Source of the DNA: Myxococcota bacterium | GTDB taxonomy: Bacteria; Myxococcota_A; UBA796; SXON01 | NCBI GenBank assembly: GCA_040386535.1 | Contig: JAZKFH010000003.1 | Coordinates: 192,001 to 256,000, forward strand | Direction: 5' to 3' | DNA length: 64,000 nt | In this document: positions 20,374 through 29,942 of the stretch, piece after piece | Layout of the letters: every line of letters starts with the position of its first letter | Position numbering within the stretch: the first letter of the stretch is position 1 | The notes under the pieces: generated by a model | The model's database searches: none | The model's input: the letters and a program-made list of their open reading frames with translations, nothing else | What the model was told of the DNA's origin: nothing | Position numbers and translations under genes: made by a program

Positions 20374-21158
20374 GCCTGGGCCTCCAGCTCCGTCATACAC
20401 TCGATGGGGTCGGCAGTGAAGAGCAGTAGCCCGCGCCAGACCCACTTCTGCCAGAGGTAATCGTCGATGGGCCCCTGCGCCGAGGCGAGGTGGCAGCGCG
20501 GAAGCTCCCCGCCGTACGCGTCGGACAGCTCGCCGAACAGGCGCTCGAACTCCTCCTCGTCCGGCCGGTAGCCGACGAACAGGATCACCTGGTTGCGCAC
20601 GAGCGTGCGCAGCTGCTTCTTCACGTCGTCCGGCAGCGGGCGCGCCGCGAAGTCGGCCGGGGTCAGCATGAGCCCCTCGGGCCGCTCGAAGCCACCACGC
20701 AACTTCACGAGCACGCGCCGCGTCGGATCGGCCTCGGGCAGGCGGTCCCCACGCGCGAGCACGTCGAGCCGCACGCCCGCTTGCGCCGCCGCGCGCTCGA
20801 TGAGGTCATCGGGATTGGTGGTGAAGATCATCGGAAAGTGCTTGAGCGCGCCCGTGTGCGCCAGGGTCGGCGCCACACCCGCCACGCCGATCCGGGTCTG
20901 CAGCTCACTCACGAGCTTCGCGCGCCCGTGGGCGGCCTCGAAGCCCGCGGCTCCCTCTTCAACGGAGGTCATCACGTGCTTGGGACGTTGGGCGGTACCA
21001 ACCCGGGGCTTGGTCCAACCGAGCGCCTTCGCGAGCGCCTTCGCGTCGGGGTACGCGGCCTCGGCCACCTCGGCGGCCTCCAGGCTCGCGCGCGAGCCGA
21101 GGAACACCACACACTTCTTCGCCTTGACGGCCTCGACAACCTCGACGGGGAGGTTCAA
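20370..21158 (-). CDS. stand-alone SIR2-like domain protein (degenerate)
   Basis: VVFLGSRAS, IFTTNPDDLIE, LVKLRG, LFVGY; TTG start overlaps the upstream stop. Confidence 0.7.
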   Translation of the reverse strand: MNLPVEVVEAVKAKKCVVFLGSRASLEAAEVAEAAYPDAKALAKALGWTKPRVGTAQRPKHVMTSVEEGAAGFEAAHGRAKLVSELQTRIGVAGVAPTLAHTGALKHFPMIFTTNPDDLIERAAAQAGVRLDVLARGDRLPEADPTRRVLVKLRGGFERPEGLMLTPADFAARPLPDDVKKQLRTLVRNQVILFVGYRPDEEEFERLFGELSDAYGGELPRCHLASAQGPIDDYLWQKWVWRGLLLFTADPIECMTELEAQA

Positions 21159-22147
21159 CGGTCCACCACGAGCGAGCGCGCGGTCGCGATGGCATCCCGA
21201 TCCCGACACACCGCGCCGACTTGCGACACGGTCAGCGCCGCCACGCGCGACCCGAGCTCGCCACACCGCTCGACGGGCCAACCGTGGAGCCACCCATAGA
21301 GGAAGCCGCCGGCGTATGCGTCCCCCGCGCCCGTCGTGTCCGCCACCGTGACCGGGTACACCGGGATGCGGTGGGTCACGCCGTCCTGGCGCACCAGCGA
21401 GCCCTCGCCGCCGAGCTTGACGACGGCGGAGGAGCACCAGCCGCCGAGCAGCTCGACCGCGCGCTCGGGCGGGAGCTCCGTGACCACCTCGGCCTCCTCG
21501 CGGTTGAGGAAGCAGATGTCGACGTACTTCTCGAGCAGCTCGCGAATGTCCGCGGTGATCGTGCGTGCCACGAACGGATCCGCCACGTCCAGCGAGATGG
21601 GGACGCCCGCCGCGCGCGCCACTTCGGCCGCCTCGAACGCCGCGTCGCGCACCGGCCCGCCGAGAAAGAGGTACCCGGTGAGGTGCAGCACCTTGGCTTT
21701 GCGGATGTGGTCCGCGAAGTCGCCGATCGTCGGCAGGTGCACGGCCGCGCCGAGGTCGGTGAGCATGGTGCGCTCGCCGTCGCGCGTGGAGATGAGGGAG
21801 AGGCACTTGCCCGTGGCGTGCTCCCCCGTCGTCTTGAGCGCGTGTACGCCACACACCTCGAGCATCGACCGGGAGTACATCTCGCCGTAGCTGTCGGACC
21901 CGATCTGCCCGCAGTAGAGCACCCGGCCGCCGAGCAGCCCGAGGGTCTGCACGGTGTTGGCGCAGGAGCCGCCCGAATAGACCTGGATGCCGAGCTTGTG
22001 CACGCGCTCGTAGGCGGCGTGCCAGGTGTCGTGGTCGACGGGATGCATCTGCCCGCGTGTCAGGCCAAGCTCGGCGATCACCGAGTCATCTACCCGCACG
22101 AGCGCGTCCATGATTGCGTTTCCGAGACCCACGGCATCGAAGGACAC
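21155..22147 (-). CDS. PfkB-family kinase (adenosine kinase-like)
   Basis: GLGNAIMD, GGSCANT, DGERTM, FLNREEA, DTTGAGDAYAGGFL. Confidence 0.92.
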   Translation of the reverse strand: MSFDAVGLGNAIMDALVRVDDSVIAELGLTRGQMHPVDHDTWHAAYERVHKLGIQVYSGGSCANTVQTLGLLGGRVLYCGQIGSDSYGEMYSRSMLEVCGVHALKTTGEHATGKCLSLISTRDGERTMLTDLGAAVHLPTIGDFADHIRKAKVLHLTGYLFLGGPVRDAAFEAAEVARAAGVPISLDVADPFVARTITADIRELLEKYVDICFLNREEAEVVTELPPERAVELLGGWCSSAVVKLGGEGSLVRQDGVTHRIPVYPVTVADTTGAGDAYAGGFLYGWLHGWPVERCGELGSRVAALTVSQVGAVCRDRDAIATARSLVVDR

Positions 22148-22227
22148 GTCGTCACCTCCCAAAGCGCGCCCCGTGTAGCGCGGGCTGCTTGAGGGCGCCA
22201 CGGCGGGCTCCGTGGTATCGTCGCGGC

Positions 22228-23259
22228 GTGACGAAGCGGTTGCTGCGCCTCCTCCCTGGCCTCCTGGTCAGCCTCGGGTTTACCCTGTGGTTCGTGCTGC
22301 GCGCCCATTGGGGCGAGGTCGCGAGCGCACTGGAGGGCGTGAACCTGCCGCTGGTGTTGCTCTCGGCGGCCGTGCTCTTCACCGAGTTCATCATCCGCAC
22401 GCTGCGTTGGAAGGTGTTGCTCCGCCCCTTCGCGCCCACCGCGCGCTTGTGGCGGCTCTTCATCGCCACCGTCATCGGCATGAGCCTCAACGTCGTGCTC
22501 CCGTTCCGCGCGGGTGACATCGCGCGCCCCTGGCTCGGCTCCCGTGAAACGGGAACCAACGTGCTCCCCCTCGTCACCATCGCCGTGATCGAGCGCGTGT
22601 TCGACATCCTGGGGCTCGTCAGCATCCTCGTCATCATGGTGCTCATCCTCCCGGAGAACGCCCAGGCGCACGGAGAGCTGGTCACCAACCTCCAACTCTA
22701 CGGGAGCATCTTCGGCTTCGCGGGCGTGTTGGGCATGGCGGTTTTCCTTACGTTGGCCGCCCAAGAGAAGGCCGCCCGACACATCTTCGTGCGCATCGTC
22801 TCCATCGCGCCCAAGCCGGTGGCCGATCGGTTCCTGTTCCTGTTCGACGGGTTCGTGCTCGGGCTCGAGAGCGTGCGCTCGCGCCGCGCCTTGTGGGAGG
22901 CGGGCGCCCTCTCGCTCCTGCACTGGCTCAACGGCTCGATCTCCATCTACGTGTTGTTCTGGGCCTTCGGCCTCGATCTCCCGTTCGCCGCCGCGTGCTT
23001 CACCACCGTCGCCATCGCGCTCACCGTCGCGTTGCCGCAGGCGCCCGGCTTCTTCGGCGTGTTCCACGTCGCCATCGAGACCACGCTCGTCCTCTGGGGC
23101 CTCGATCCGGCGCCCGCGCAGGCCTTCGCCATCGTCTTCTGGGCGGTCAGCTTCGTGCCGGTCGCGACGGTCGGCGCCATCGCGTGGTGGCGCGAGGGCC
23201 TGTCGCTCGTGTCACTCCGCGAGCAGGCGACACGGCTGGAGCCGGCCCCCGGCAAGTAG
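22228..23259 (+). CDS. lysylphosphatidylglycerol synthase TM / flippase-like (UPF0104) membrane protein
   Basis: RTLRWKVLL, NVVLPFRAGDIAR, ERVFD, PQAPGFFGVFH. Confidence 0.85.
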   Translation: MTKRLLRLLPGLLVSLGFTLWFVLRAHWGEVASALEGVNLPLVLLSAAVLFTEFIIRTLRWKVLLRPFAPTARLWRLFIATVIGMSLNVVLPFRAGDIARPWLGSRETGTNVLPLVTIAVIERVFDILGLVSILVIMVLILPENAQAHGELVTNLQLYGSIFGFAGVLGMAVFLTLAAQEKAARHIFVRIVSIAPKPVADRFLFLFDGFVLGLESVRSRRALWEAGALSLLHWLNGSISIYVLFWAFGLDLPFAAACFTTVAIALTVALPQAPGFFGVFHVAIETTLVLWGLDPAPAQAFAIVFWAVSFVPVATVGAIAWWREGLSLVSLREQATRLEPAPGK

Positions 23260-23374
23260 GTCCGTAGAAAACGAACCAGGGCGCGCCCCCGCCCGAGCGC
23301 GGGGTCGGGCCGCAGGGCGTCCCTCGCGCGGGTGCTGTCTGCGCGTCGCGTTAGAGGCGCGCACCGGAGTTCCG

Positions 23375-24403
23375 ATGGGCCCGATCTACCTGTTCACCGC
23401 GCGGTCGATCCCCGTGTTCGTCGCGCCCTGGTACTTCCTGGCCCTGGCCTACATGGTCCTCGTCGCGCAGGACGTGGCGCACGGGCTGCTCTGGGCCGCG
23501 TGCGTCACCGTGAGCATCCTCGTGCACGAGTTCGGCCACGGCCTGATGGCGCTGTGGTTCAAGCTGGAGCCGTCCATCCTGCTGCACGGCTGGGGCGGGT
23601 TGACCGCGCACACGTCGGCCCGCCGGGATCGGGACGACGCGCTGATCATCTTGGCGGGCCCGGCGGCCGGCCTCCTGCTCGGCGGCGTCGTGTTCGTCGC
23701 GGCGTGGGCCGCCGAGCGTGCGTCCCCCGGCGTGATCTCGACCAACCTCATCCTCGAGCGGGTGATCTCCAACCTGCTGTTCTTGAACATCTTCTGGAGC
23801 CTCGTGAACCTCGTGCCGATGTTCCCGCTCGACGGGGGGCTGCTGTTCCGGCTCGGCGTGTACAAGCGCTTGCGGCCGAAAACGGCGGAGCGCGTGGTGC
23901 ACGGGACCGGGCTCGTGCTGGCGGTGGCGTGGGCCGTCGTCGGGTCGCTCGTGTGGGACAGCGCGTTCATGGTGATCATGGGCCTCTTGTTCGCGTACCA
24001 GAACTACGGCGTGCTCGCCGGGCGGACACGCGCGCCCAAGGCCCGGGTCGCGACCGAGGAGACCAGCACCCTGCTCGACGAGGCGCGCCGCGCGTGGGAC
24101 GCCGGGGACGCCCGCGAGGCCGCACGACTCTGCCACGTGCTCCGGGCCAGCGGCGACCTCCCGGCGCCCGTGCAGGCCGAGGCCTTCGCGTTGATCGTGA
24201 TCGCGAACGTGGCCATCGGCCAGCATGCGGAGGCGCTGTCGTGGGCCCGTTATGCGCCCGTCACGGGTCCCGTCGTGGAGGCGCGCATCACCGCCCTGCA
24301 TGCGCTGGGCAAGCTCGCCGAGGCCCGAGGCCTCCTCGCGGAGCATGGCGCGGCGGTGGCTGCGGCGGCGCGCGCCGAGCTCGAGCGGAAGCTCGCGGCG
24401 TAG
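23375..24403 (+). CDS. site-2 protease (M50) with C-terminal TPR-like helices
   Basis: HEFGH, LAGP, NLVPMFPLDGG. Confidence 0.88.
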   Translation: MGPIYLFTARSIPVFVAPWYFLALAYMVLVAQDVAHGLLWAACVTVSILVHEFGHGLMALWFKLEPSILLHGWGGLTAHTSARRDRDDALIILAGPAAGLLLGGVVFVAAWAAERASPGVISTNLILERVISNLLFLNIFWSLVNLVPMFPLDGGLLFRLGVYKRLRPKTAERVVHGTGLVLAVAWAVVGSLVWDSAFMVIMGLLFAYQNYGVLAGRTRAPKARVATEETSTLLDEARRAWDAGDAREAARLCHVLRASGDLPAPVQAEAFALIVIANVAIGQHAEALSWARYAPVTGPVVEARITALHALGKLAEARGLLAEHGAAVAAAARAELERKLAA

Positions 24404-24443
24404 GGTCGGTCCAGGGGCGTGGGCCGCCTCGTCGTCGCCCCTG

Positions 24444-25502
24444 CTACTCCGACCGGTCCGAGATCCCCGCGCTCGCGAAGGTCGCCATCTCGCCGAGCAC
24501 CTTCGCCGCGAGCCGCACGCTGTCGATGCCGAGGACCGCGCCGGTCCCCTCCCCCAGCTTCATGTCGAGATCGTGGAGCGCCTCCTTGCGGAGGTAGCGG
24601 CACATCCCCCAATGCGCGTTCTCCGCGCTGCGGTGGGACACGGCGAAGAACGGGACACAGTCGGGCGCCAACACCGACGCCACGAGCCCGCCCGCGGTCG
24701 AGATGAACCCGTCGAGGATCACGGGCACGCCGGTCGCGGCGCCGCCGATGCACAACCCGGCGATGGCCGCGATCTCGAAACCACCGACGGCCGAGAGGAT
24801 GCCGATGCCGTCGTCACGCCCCGGGTCGTGCCGCGCGATCGCCGCGTCGATGGCGACGACCTTGCGGGCCAGCCCCGCGTCGTCCACGCCGGTGCCACGC
24901 CCCGCCGTCAGCTTGCCCGGCATGGCGGCCACCGCGGCCAGCACCGCGGCGGCGGAGGTGGTGTTGCCGATGCCCATCTCGCCGGCCCCGAGGATGGTGA
25001 CACCCTCGGCGGCGGCCTCCATCGCCAGCGCGATCCCCACGTTGACGGCGGCCTCGGCCTCCGCGCGCGTCATCGCCAGCTCGCGCACCATGTTGCCGGT
25101 GCCCGCGCGCACCCGGCGGTCGTGGAACCGCGCGAACACCGTGTCCACGGCCCCCGTGAGGTCCCCCGCGACGCCCACGTCGACCACGCCGAGCTCGACG
25201 TCGTGGTGGCGCGCGAACACGTTCACCGCGGCGCCTCCCGCGAGGAAGTTGCGCACCATCTGCACCGTGACCGCCGAGGGGTACGGGCTCACGCCCTCCG
25301 CGGTGACCCCGTGGTCGCCCGCGAACGTGTAGACCCGCGCGCGGGCCGGCACCTTGGCGGGGTAGCCGGTCGCGCCGCACCACCACGCCACGAGATCTTC
25401 GAGCTTCCCCAGGCTCCCGGGCGGCTTGGTGAGGCGATCGAGGTGGGCGCGGGCGGCGCTCACCGCCGCCTCGTCGAAGGTGCGGAGGCTGGGAAGTTGC
25501 AT
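24444..25502 (-). CDS. cobT: nicotinate-nucleotide--dimethylbenzimidazole phosphoribosyltransferase
   Basis: LTKPPGSLGKLE, FAGDHG, GEMGIGNTT, GRGTG, LDGFIS, MKLGEGTGA. Confidence 0.95.
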   Translation of the reverse strand: MQLPSLRTFDEAAVSAARAHLDRLTKPPGSLGKLEDLVAWWCGATGYPAKVPARARVYTFAGDHGVTAEGVSPYPSAVTVQMVRNFLAGGAAVNVFARHHDVELGVVDVGVAGDLTGAVDTVFARFHDRRVRAGTGNMVRELAMTRAEAEAAVNVGIALAMEAAAEGVTILGAGEMGIGNTTSAAAVLAAVAAMPGKLTAGRGTGVDDAGLARKVVAIDAAIARHDPGRDDGIGILSAVGGFEIAAIAGLCIGGAATGVPVILDGFISTAGGLVASVLAPDCVPFFAVSHRSAENAHWGMCRYLRKEALHDLDMKLGEGTGAVLGIDSVRLAAKVLGEMATFASAGISDRSE

Positions 25503-25526
25503 CCGTGCCGCTTATGGGCCGTCCGA

Positions 25527-27083
25527 ATGTCGCGCCAGCTGCGTCCCCTGCGCCCCCTCCGCATCCTCGGACGCGAGCCGATCACGTGGCCCAGCGTCCT
25601 GTCTGCGCGCAGCTCGGGATGGCCAGCCGCCCTCGCCCTCGCGGCGGCGTGGGCGCTCCTTCCGGCGCTCCCGGCGCTCCTCCGCGGCGAGCTCCTCGGC
25701 TCTCCGTTCACGGACCTGTACCCGTCGGTGTGGGGCCTCGCGTGGTTCGCCGGCGAGCAGCCGGGCCTCCCGACGTTTACCACGGCGCTGGGTGCTCCCG
25801 CGGGCATGCCGTTCTACTACTCCTCGCCGCTGCACGGCTGGGCCGGCACGCCGGCGGTCTGGGTGGGCGGCGCCGCCTTCGCCTACAACCTCACGCTCCT
25901 CGCGGCGCGTTTCGCCACGGTCGCCGTGGCCTTCGGGTGCTTCCGCGCCGGCGGCCTCGGGGTGGCCGGCGCCATCGCCGCGGCGGGGGTGTACGGCGCG
26001 TCCCCCTACTTCCACGGCTACGCGGTGGAGGGCATCGTGGAGGGCACCGACGGGTGGACCCTCCCGCTCTGGGCGTGGCTCGTGCTCCGCAAGGAGCGCC
26101 TCGGGAGCGTGGCCGCCTTCGCGCTCATCGTCATCTCGAGCTGGTACCTCGGCATGGTCGCGTGCCTGCTCGCCGCGGCCTGGGGCCTCCGGGAGCGGCT
26201 CGCCTGGCTCTCGCTCGTGGTCGGCCTCGCCCTCGCGTCCCCCTTCCTCGCGTTGTTCGTGGGCGGCTTCTCCGCCGCCGCGCCGCTCCCCGACACGATC
26301 CGCGCGGCGATGGGCATGCCCATTGATCTCGTCTTGCCGGGCGCGCTCCCCGGCCTCAATCCCTTCGCCATCACGACGTGGATCGGCGTCTCCACCCTCG
26401 TCCTCGCGGGGCTCGCGGCGCGCGCCCGCCCCGGGTTCGCGCTCGGCGCCCTGGCCTGCGCGGCGCTCTCGCTCGGGCGCGGCCCCTGGTACGACCTGCC
26501 CGTCCTCGAGGCCGTCCGCTTTCCCTACCGCTGGCACGCGGGCACGCTGTTCTGCCTCGCCCCGCTCGTCGGTTTCGCGGTCGACCGCATCGGCAAGCCC
26601 TGGCTCGCGCTGCTCCCGATCTTCGAGGGCCTCCTCCTCTCCCGCGTCGAGATGGTGCTCCCCGGCTCTCCCGCGGAGGTGCCCGCGATCTACGACCACG
26701 TGCGTGGAGACGTGCTCCTCGAGGTGCCCGGCCCGGTCCGGATGGCGCCCGGCGAGATCAACCGATCGCGGCCCCGCGCGCGCTACCTGCTCTACTACCA
26801 GGCCCACCACGGCGCCGCGTCGCCCTGGGCGCCCGACTTCAACGGGGTCGCCGCCACGTTGCCGGCGCCCTGGCTCGCCACGTTCGCGAGCTGGGATCCG
26901 CTCATGAAGGCCGAGCGCACGGCGCCCGATCTCGTCGGCGCGGCCGTCGCGGGTGTCACCCAGATCATGGTCCACCGCGACGAGCTCGGCGGCAACGCCG
27001 AGGCGTTCGAGCACGCCTTGCGCGAGGCCGGCGGGGTCGAAGAGTCGCGGGACGGCGAGACGGTGCTCTACCGCTTGCCGTAG
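25527..27083 (+). CDS. polytopic membrane protein, possibly GT-C glycosyltransferase-like
   Basis: About 10 hydrophobic segments, RFPYRW loop, soluble C-terminal domain; start uncertain. Confidence 0.6.
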   Translation: MSRQLRPLRPLRILGREPITWPSVLSARSSGWPAALALAAAWALLPALPALLRGELLGSPFTDLYPSVWGLAWFAGEQPGLPTFTTALGAPAGMPFYYSSPLHGWAGTPAVWVGGAAFAYNLTLLAARFATVAVAFGCFRAGGLGVAGAIAAAGVYGASPYFHGYAVEGIVEGTDGWTLPLWAWLVLRKERLGSVAAFALIVISSWYLGMVACLLAAAWGLRERLAWLSLVVGLALASPFLALFVGGFSAAAPLPDTIRAAMGMPIDLVLPGALPGLNPFAITTWIGVSTLVLAGLAARARPGFALGALACAALSLGRGPWYDLPVLEAVRFPYRWHAGTLFCLAPLVGFAVDRIGKPWLALLPIFEGLLLSRVEMVLPGSPAEVPAIYDHVRGDVLLEVPGPVRMAPGEINRSRPRARYLLYYQAHHGAASPWAPDFNGVAATLPAPWLATFASWDPLMKAERTAPDLVGAAVAGVTQIMVHRDELGGNAEAFEHALREAGGVEESRDGETVLYRLP

Positions 27084-27106
27084 ACTGCGCGCGATCCGGA
27101 GCCCCC

Positions 27107-28339
27107 TTGCTCGTCGCGCTCGCTCTCCTCCCCGCCGCCTTCGCAAACGGCCAGACGAGCCACCAGTGGATCTCCATCCTGGCGATCGACCACGTGCCCC
27201 CGGGCGAGCTGGCGGATTTGCTGGCCCGCGAGGACGTGCGCGCCGCGCTCCTGAACGGCACGATGTTCCCCGACGGCGGCTACGCGGTGGGCGACGACTA
27301 CGGCGAGATGGCGCATTGGGAGCCGACCCAGGACCTGTACCTCGATTGGATCCGCACGAACCACGCCGCGCCCTTCGATGACATCGGCGCCCAGCACGTC
27401 GCCTTCCTGCTCGGGATGATGTCGCACGGCATGGCCGACCAATTCTACGATGCCACGTTCATGGAGCGGAGCAAGGCCTGGGATCCGCCCGAGAGCTGGG
27501 CGTGCTGCTCGATGGACGAGGCGACCGACGTGGCCTACGCCGCCATCCAGGGCCCGGGCACGGTGCCTCCCAAGTGGTGGCCGGAGGAGCTGCTCCCGTT
27601 CTTCACGACCAACGGTCACACCGTGGACTACGCGACGGTGGACCGGGGCCAATCGTTCCTCGGGCTCGCGATCGCGTACGTCGGCGCCTCCGCCGAGGAC
27701 GCGACCACGGTGGAGCGCTACACCGCCGAGTTCCCGTGGGCGTGCACGCACCAGGTCGATCCCGCCGTGGTCGGCACGCCCGCGCACGAGGCGGAATTCG
27801 TCGCCGCGTATTGGCAGGCCATCTGGAACCGCCTCCACGGGGGCGACGGGTGGGAGAGCCCGGTCCTCGGCACCCAACCCGCGGCCGACGGGTGGCAACG
27901 GGTCCTGGATCACACCAACGTCGACTCCCGCTTGGCCGTCGTGTTTGCACGCGCGCTCGATCCGTCCAGCGTGGAGGGCGCCATCACCGTCGCGACGGTC
28001 GACGGCGTGCCGGTTCCGGTGACCCTGAACGTGTACTACGGGTGGGCCTCCCACGTGGTCAACATCGCCCCGCTCGAGGATTGGGCGGCCGACACCGACT
28101 ATGTCATCACCGTACACCCCGGCATCCACTCGTACGACAGCGCGGTCACGGTCGAGAATGCCATCCCCATCCCGTTCACCACGCGGATGCCTCCCCCGGT
28201 CGACACGGGGGACACCGCCGCGCCCCCGGCCGTCACCGACGAGGACGAGGGCGGGTGTGGTTGCGCGACCGGCGCGAACGCAGGCGCGACCGTGCTCCTG
28301 GGGCTGGTAGGCGTCTTGGCGGCGCGGCGGCGGTCCTGA
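27107..28339 (+). CDS. zinc-dependent phospholipase C-like secreted protein with Ig-like domain and MYXO-CTERM-like tail
   Basis: N-terminal H..I, GTMFPDGGY, AHW, MSHGMAD; C-terminal GGCGCATG + hydrophobic stretch + RRRS. Confidence 0.7.
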   Translation: MLVALALLPAAFANGQTSHQWISILAIDHVPPGELADLLAREDVRAALLNGTMFPDGGYAVGDDYGEMAHWEPTQDLYLDWIRTNHAAPFDDIGAQHVAFLLGMMSHGMADQFYDATFMERSKAWDPPESWACCSMDEATDVAYAAIQGPGTVPPKWWPEELLPFFTTNGHTVDYATVDRGQSFLGLAIAYVGASAEDATTVERYTAEFPWACTHQVDPAVVGTPAHEAEFVAAYWQAIWNRLHGGDGWESPVLGTQPAADGWQRVLDHTNVDSRLAVVFARALDPSSVEGAITVATVDGVPVPVTLNVYYGWASHVVNIAPLEDWAADTDYVITVHPGIHSYDSAVTVENAIPIPFTTRMPPPVDTGDTAAPPAVTDEDEGGCGCATGANAGATVLLGLVGVLAARRRS

Positions 28340-28381
28340 CAGCAGGTCGCGGAGAAGCCAAGGTAGAGCTACAGTTGGCCG

Positions 28382-29029
28382 ATGCTCCGCCGATTCTTCG
28401 CTCACCTCCTCGTGGCCGCGGGCCTCCTGTTGTCGGTGGCGACGTCCACCAAGGAGTCGTACGCGCCCGGTGAAGCCACCTCGGGGAGCGTGCGCGTGAA
28501 CGGAGGCACGCTCGCGTCCGGCGCGCCGATCCTCCTGCGCGTGACCCTCGACGTCGACGGCGAGTGGTTCACCGAGGACACGGACGGCACACGTACCGAT
28601 GTCCAGCAGACCAGCCAGCTGCGCGTCGGCTTCGGCAGGTGGGAGGCTGCGGCGGGCGGTACGGTCCAGCTGTACCGCGGAAGCGAAGGGAGCTGCACCG
28701 GCAGCCCGTCGAGCGACCGCGCGGACGTGCCCGGCGAGGGCGGTTGGGACTCGCCGCCCTCGGACATCGTGGACGACATCTCCCCTGGCACCACACTCGT
28801 GCTGGTGTACGTCACGGGTGACCCCGTCCATGTCGGGCCGCTGGAGCTCACCGTGGCCCAGGAGACGTTGGGCGAGTCCCGCGTACCGGTGCAGGGCGTC
28901 GTGACGCTTCAGCTCGAAGCCGAAGTCCTCCCCCTCGACTGCCGCGTGGAACCCGACGCGACGGACACAGCCGACGGCCACGGGGACACCGCCGACACCG
29001 CCGACACCGCCGACACCGCCACGCCCTGA
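28382..29029 (+). CDS. secreted protein with C-terminal DTA repeats
   Basis: Signal peptide; DTADTADTAD tail. Confidence 0.65.
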   Translation: MLRRFFAHLLVAAGLLLSVATSTKESYAPGEATSGSVRVNGGTLASGAPILLRVTLDVDGEWFTEDTDGTRTDVQQTSQLRVGFGRWEAAAGGTVQLYRGSEGSCTGSPSSDRADVPGEGGWDSPPSDIVDDISPGTTLVLVYVTGDPVHVGPLELTVAQETLGESRVPVQGVVTLQLEAEVLPLDCRVEPDATDTADGHGDTADTADTADTATP

Positions 29030-29033
29030 CCCG

Positions 29034-29942
29034 TCACAACGCGGGCAACCCGTCCACGTCGATCTCCCAGCCGGACGCGCACGCGCCACACTCCGTCTCC
29101 TCCATCACCCAGGCGCCGCCCTCCCCCCGGGTCACGGTCAACACCGGCGTGTACAGCCGCAACACGCCGTCCTCCCCCTGCAACGATCCCGCCAGCGTCG
29201 GCAGCTCGCCGCCGTCACACGACGCGGAGAACGCCTCGGTCCAGGTGGTGGACACCGAGGCGACCCGCCCGAGCACGTCCAGCTCGACGGCGTAGCTCTC
29301 CGGTGCCAGGAATTGGATCCGCGCAGCCACGGTCCCGTCGCAGGTAGCTTCGAGGCTCGTCGTGGCCCACGCGCCGGGGCTGATCGGGCAGTCGGCGGGC
29401 CACGGCGCAGTCCACATGTCGGTGACAGGGTCCGCGGTCACCTCCCCCGCGTCGAACCCCATCTCCCACACGCCGCCCTCCACCCAAGCCGGCGGCAGGC
29501 CTGTCACCCGCACGGTGCCGACGCCGGTGGCCGCGTCGCAGGTGGCGGCGCCGTCGGTGACGACGACGTGGGGCGCCACGGGCAGATCGTCGCCGGCCGG
29601 GAGGTAGCCGACGACCACGCTCCGGGTCCCTTCGACCCCGTACAGGCCCAGGGCGCCGGGCCGGTGGCCCACGGACAGGGTGCCCCCGCCGACGGACGCG
29701 CCCGTGGCGTAGAAGCCCAGCCCCTCCCAGCCCTCGCCGCGCGTCCCACCGGCGCGCGTGTCGATGGCCCACTCGAAGGAGACGTCGATGGGGCCCCCGC
29801 CGGCGTCACAAGTGACATCGACCGAGACGGCGGCGTAGCTCTCGCCGATGCGGCAGGGGTCCACCGTGTAGAGCGTGGCGGGGGTGTCACACCCGGCCGC
29901 CAGCATGCTGATCCACAGCAGGTTCTCTCGATACCGCATCAC
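29034..29942 (-). CDS. lipoprotein of unknown function
   Basis: LAAGC lipobox; overlaps the kinase stop codon. Confidence 0.65.
   Translation of the reverse strand: MMRYRENLLWISMLAAGCDTPATLYTVDPCRIGESYAAVSVDVTCDAGGGPIDVSFEWAIDTRAGGTRGEGWEGLGFYATGASVGGGTLSVGHRPGALGLYGVEGTRSVVVGYLPAGDDLPVAPHVVVTDGAATCDAATGVGTVRVTGLPPAWVEGGVWEMGFDAGEVTADPVTDMWTAPWPADCPISPGAWATTSLEATCDGTVAARIQFLAPESYAVELDVLGRVASVSTTWTEAFSASCDGGELPTLAGSLQGEDGVLRLYTPVLTVTRGEGGAWVMEETECGACASGWEIDVDGLPAL

Noticed and set aside
25503..25530. Cobalamin riboswitch ahead of cobT
   Set aside because: Very short divergent gap; no B12-box seen
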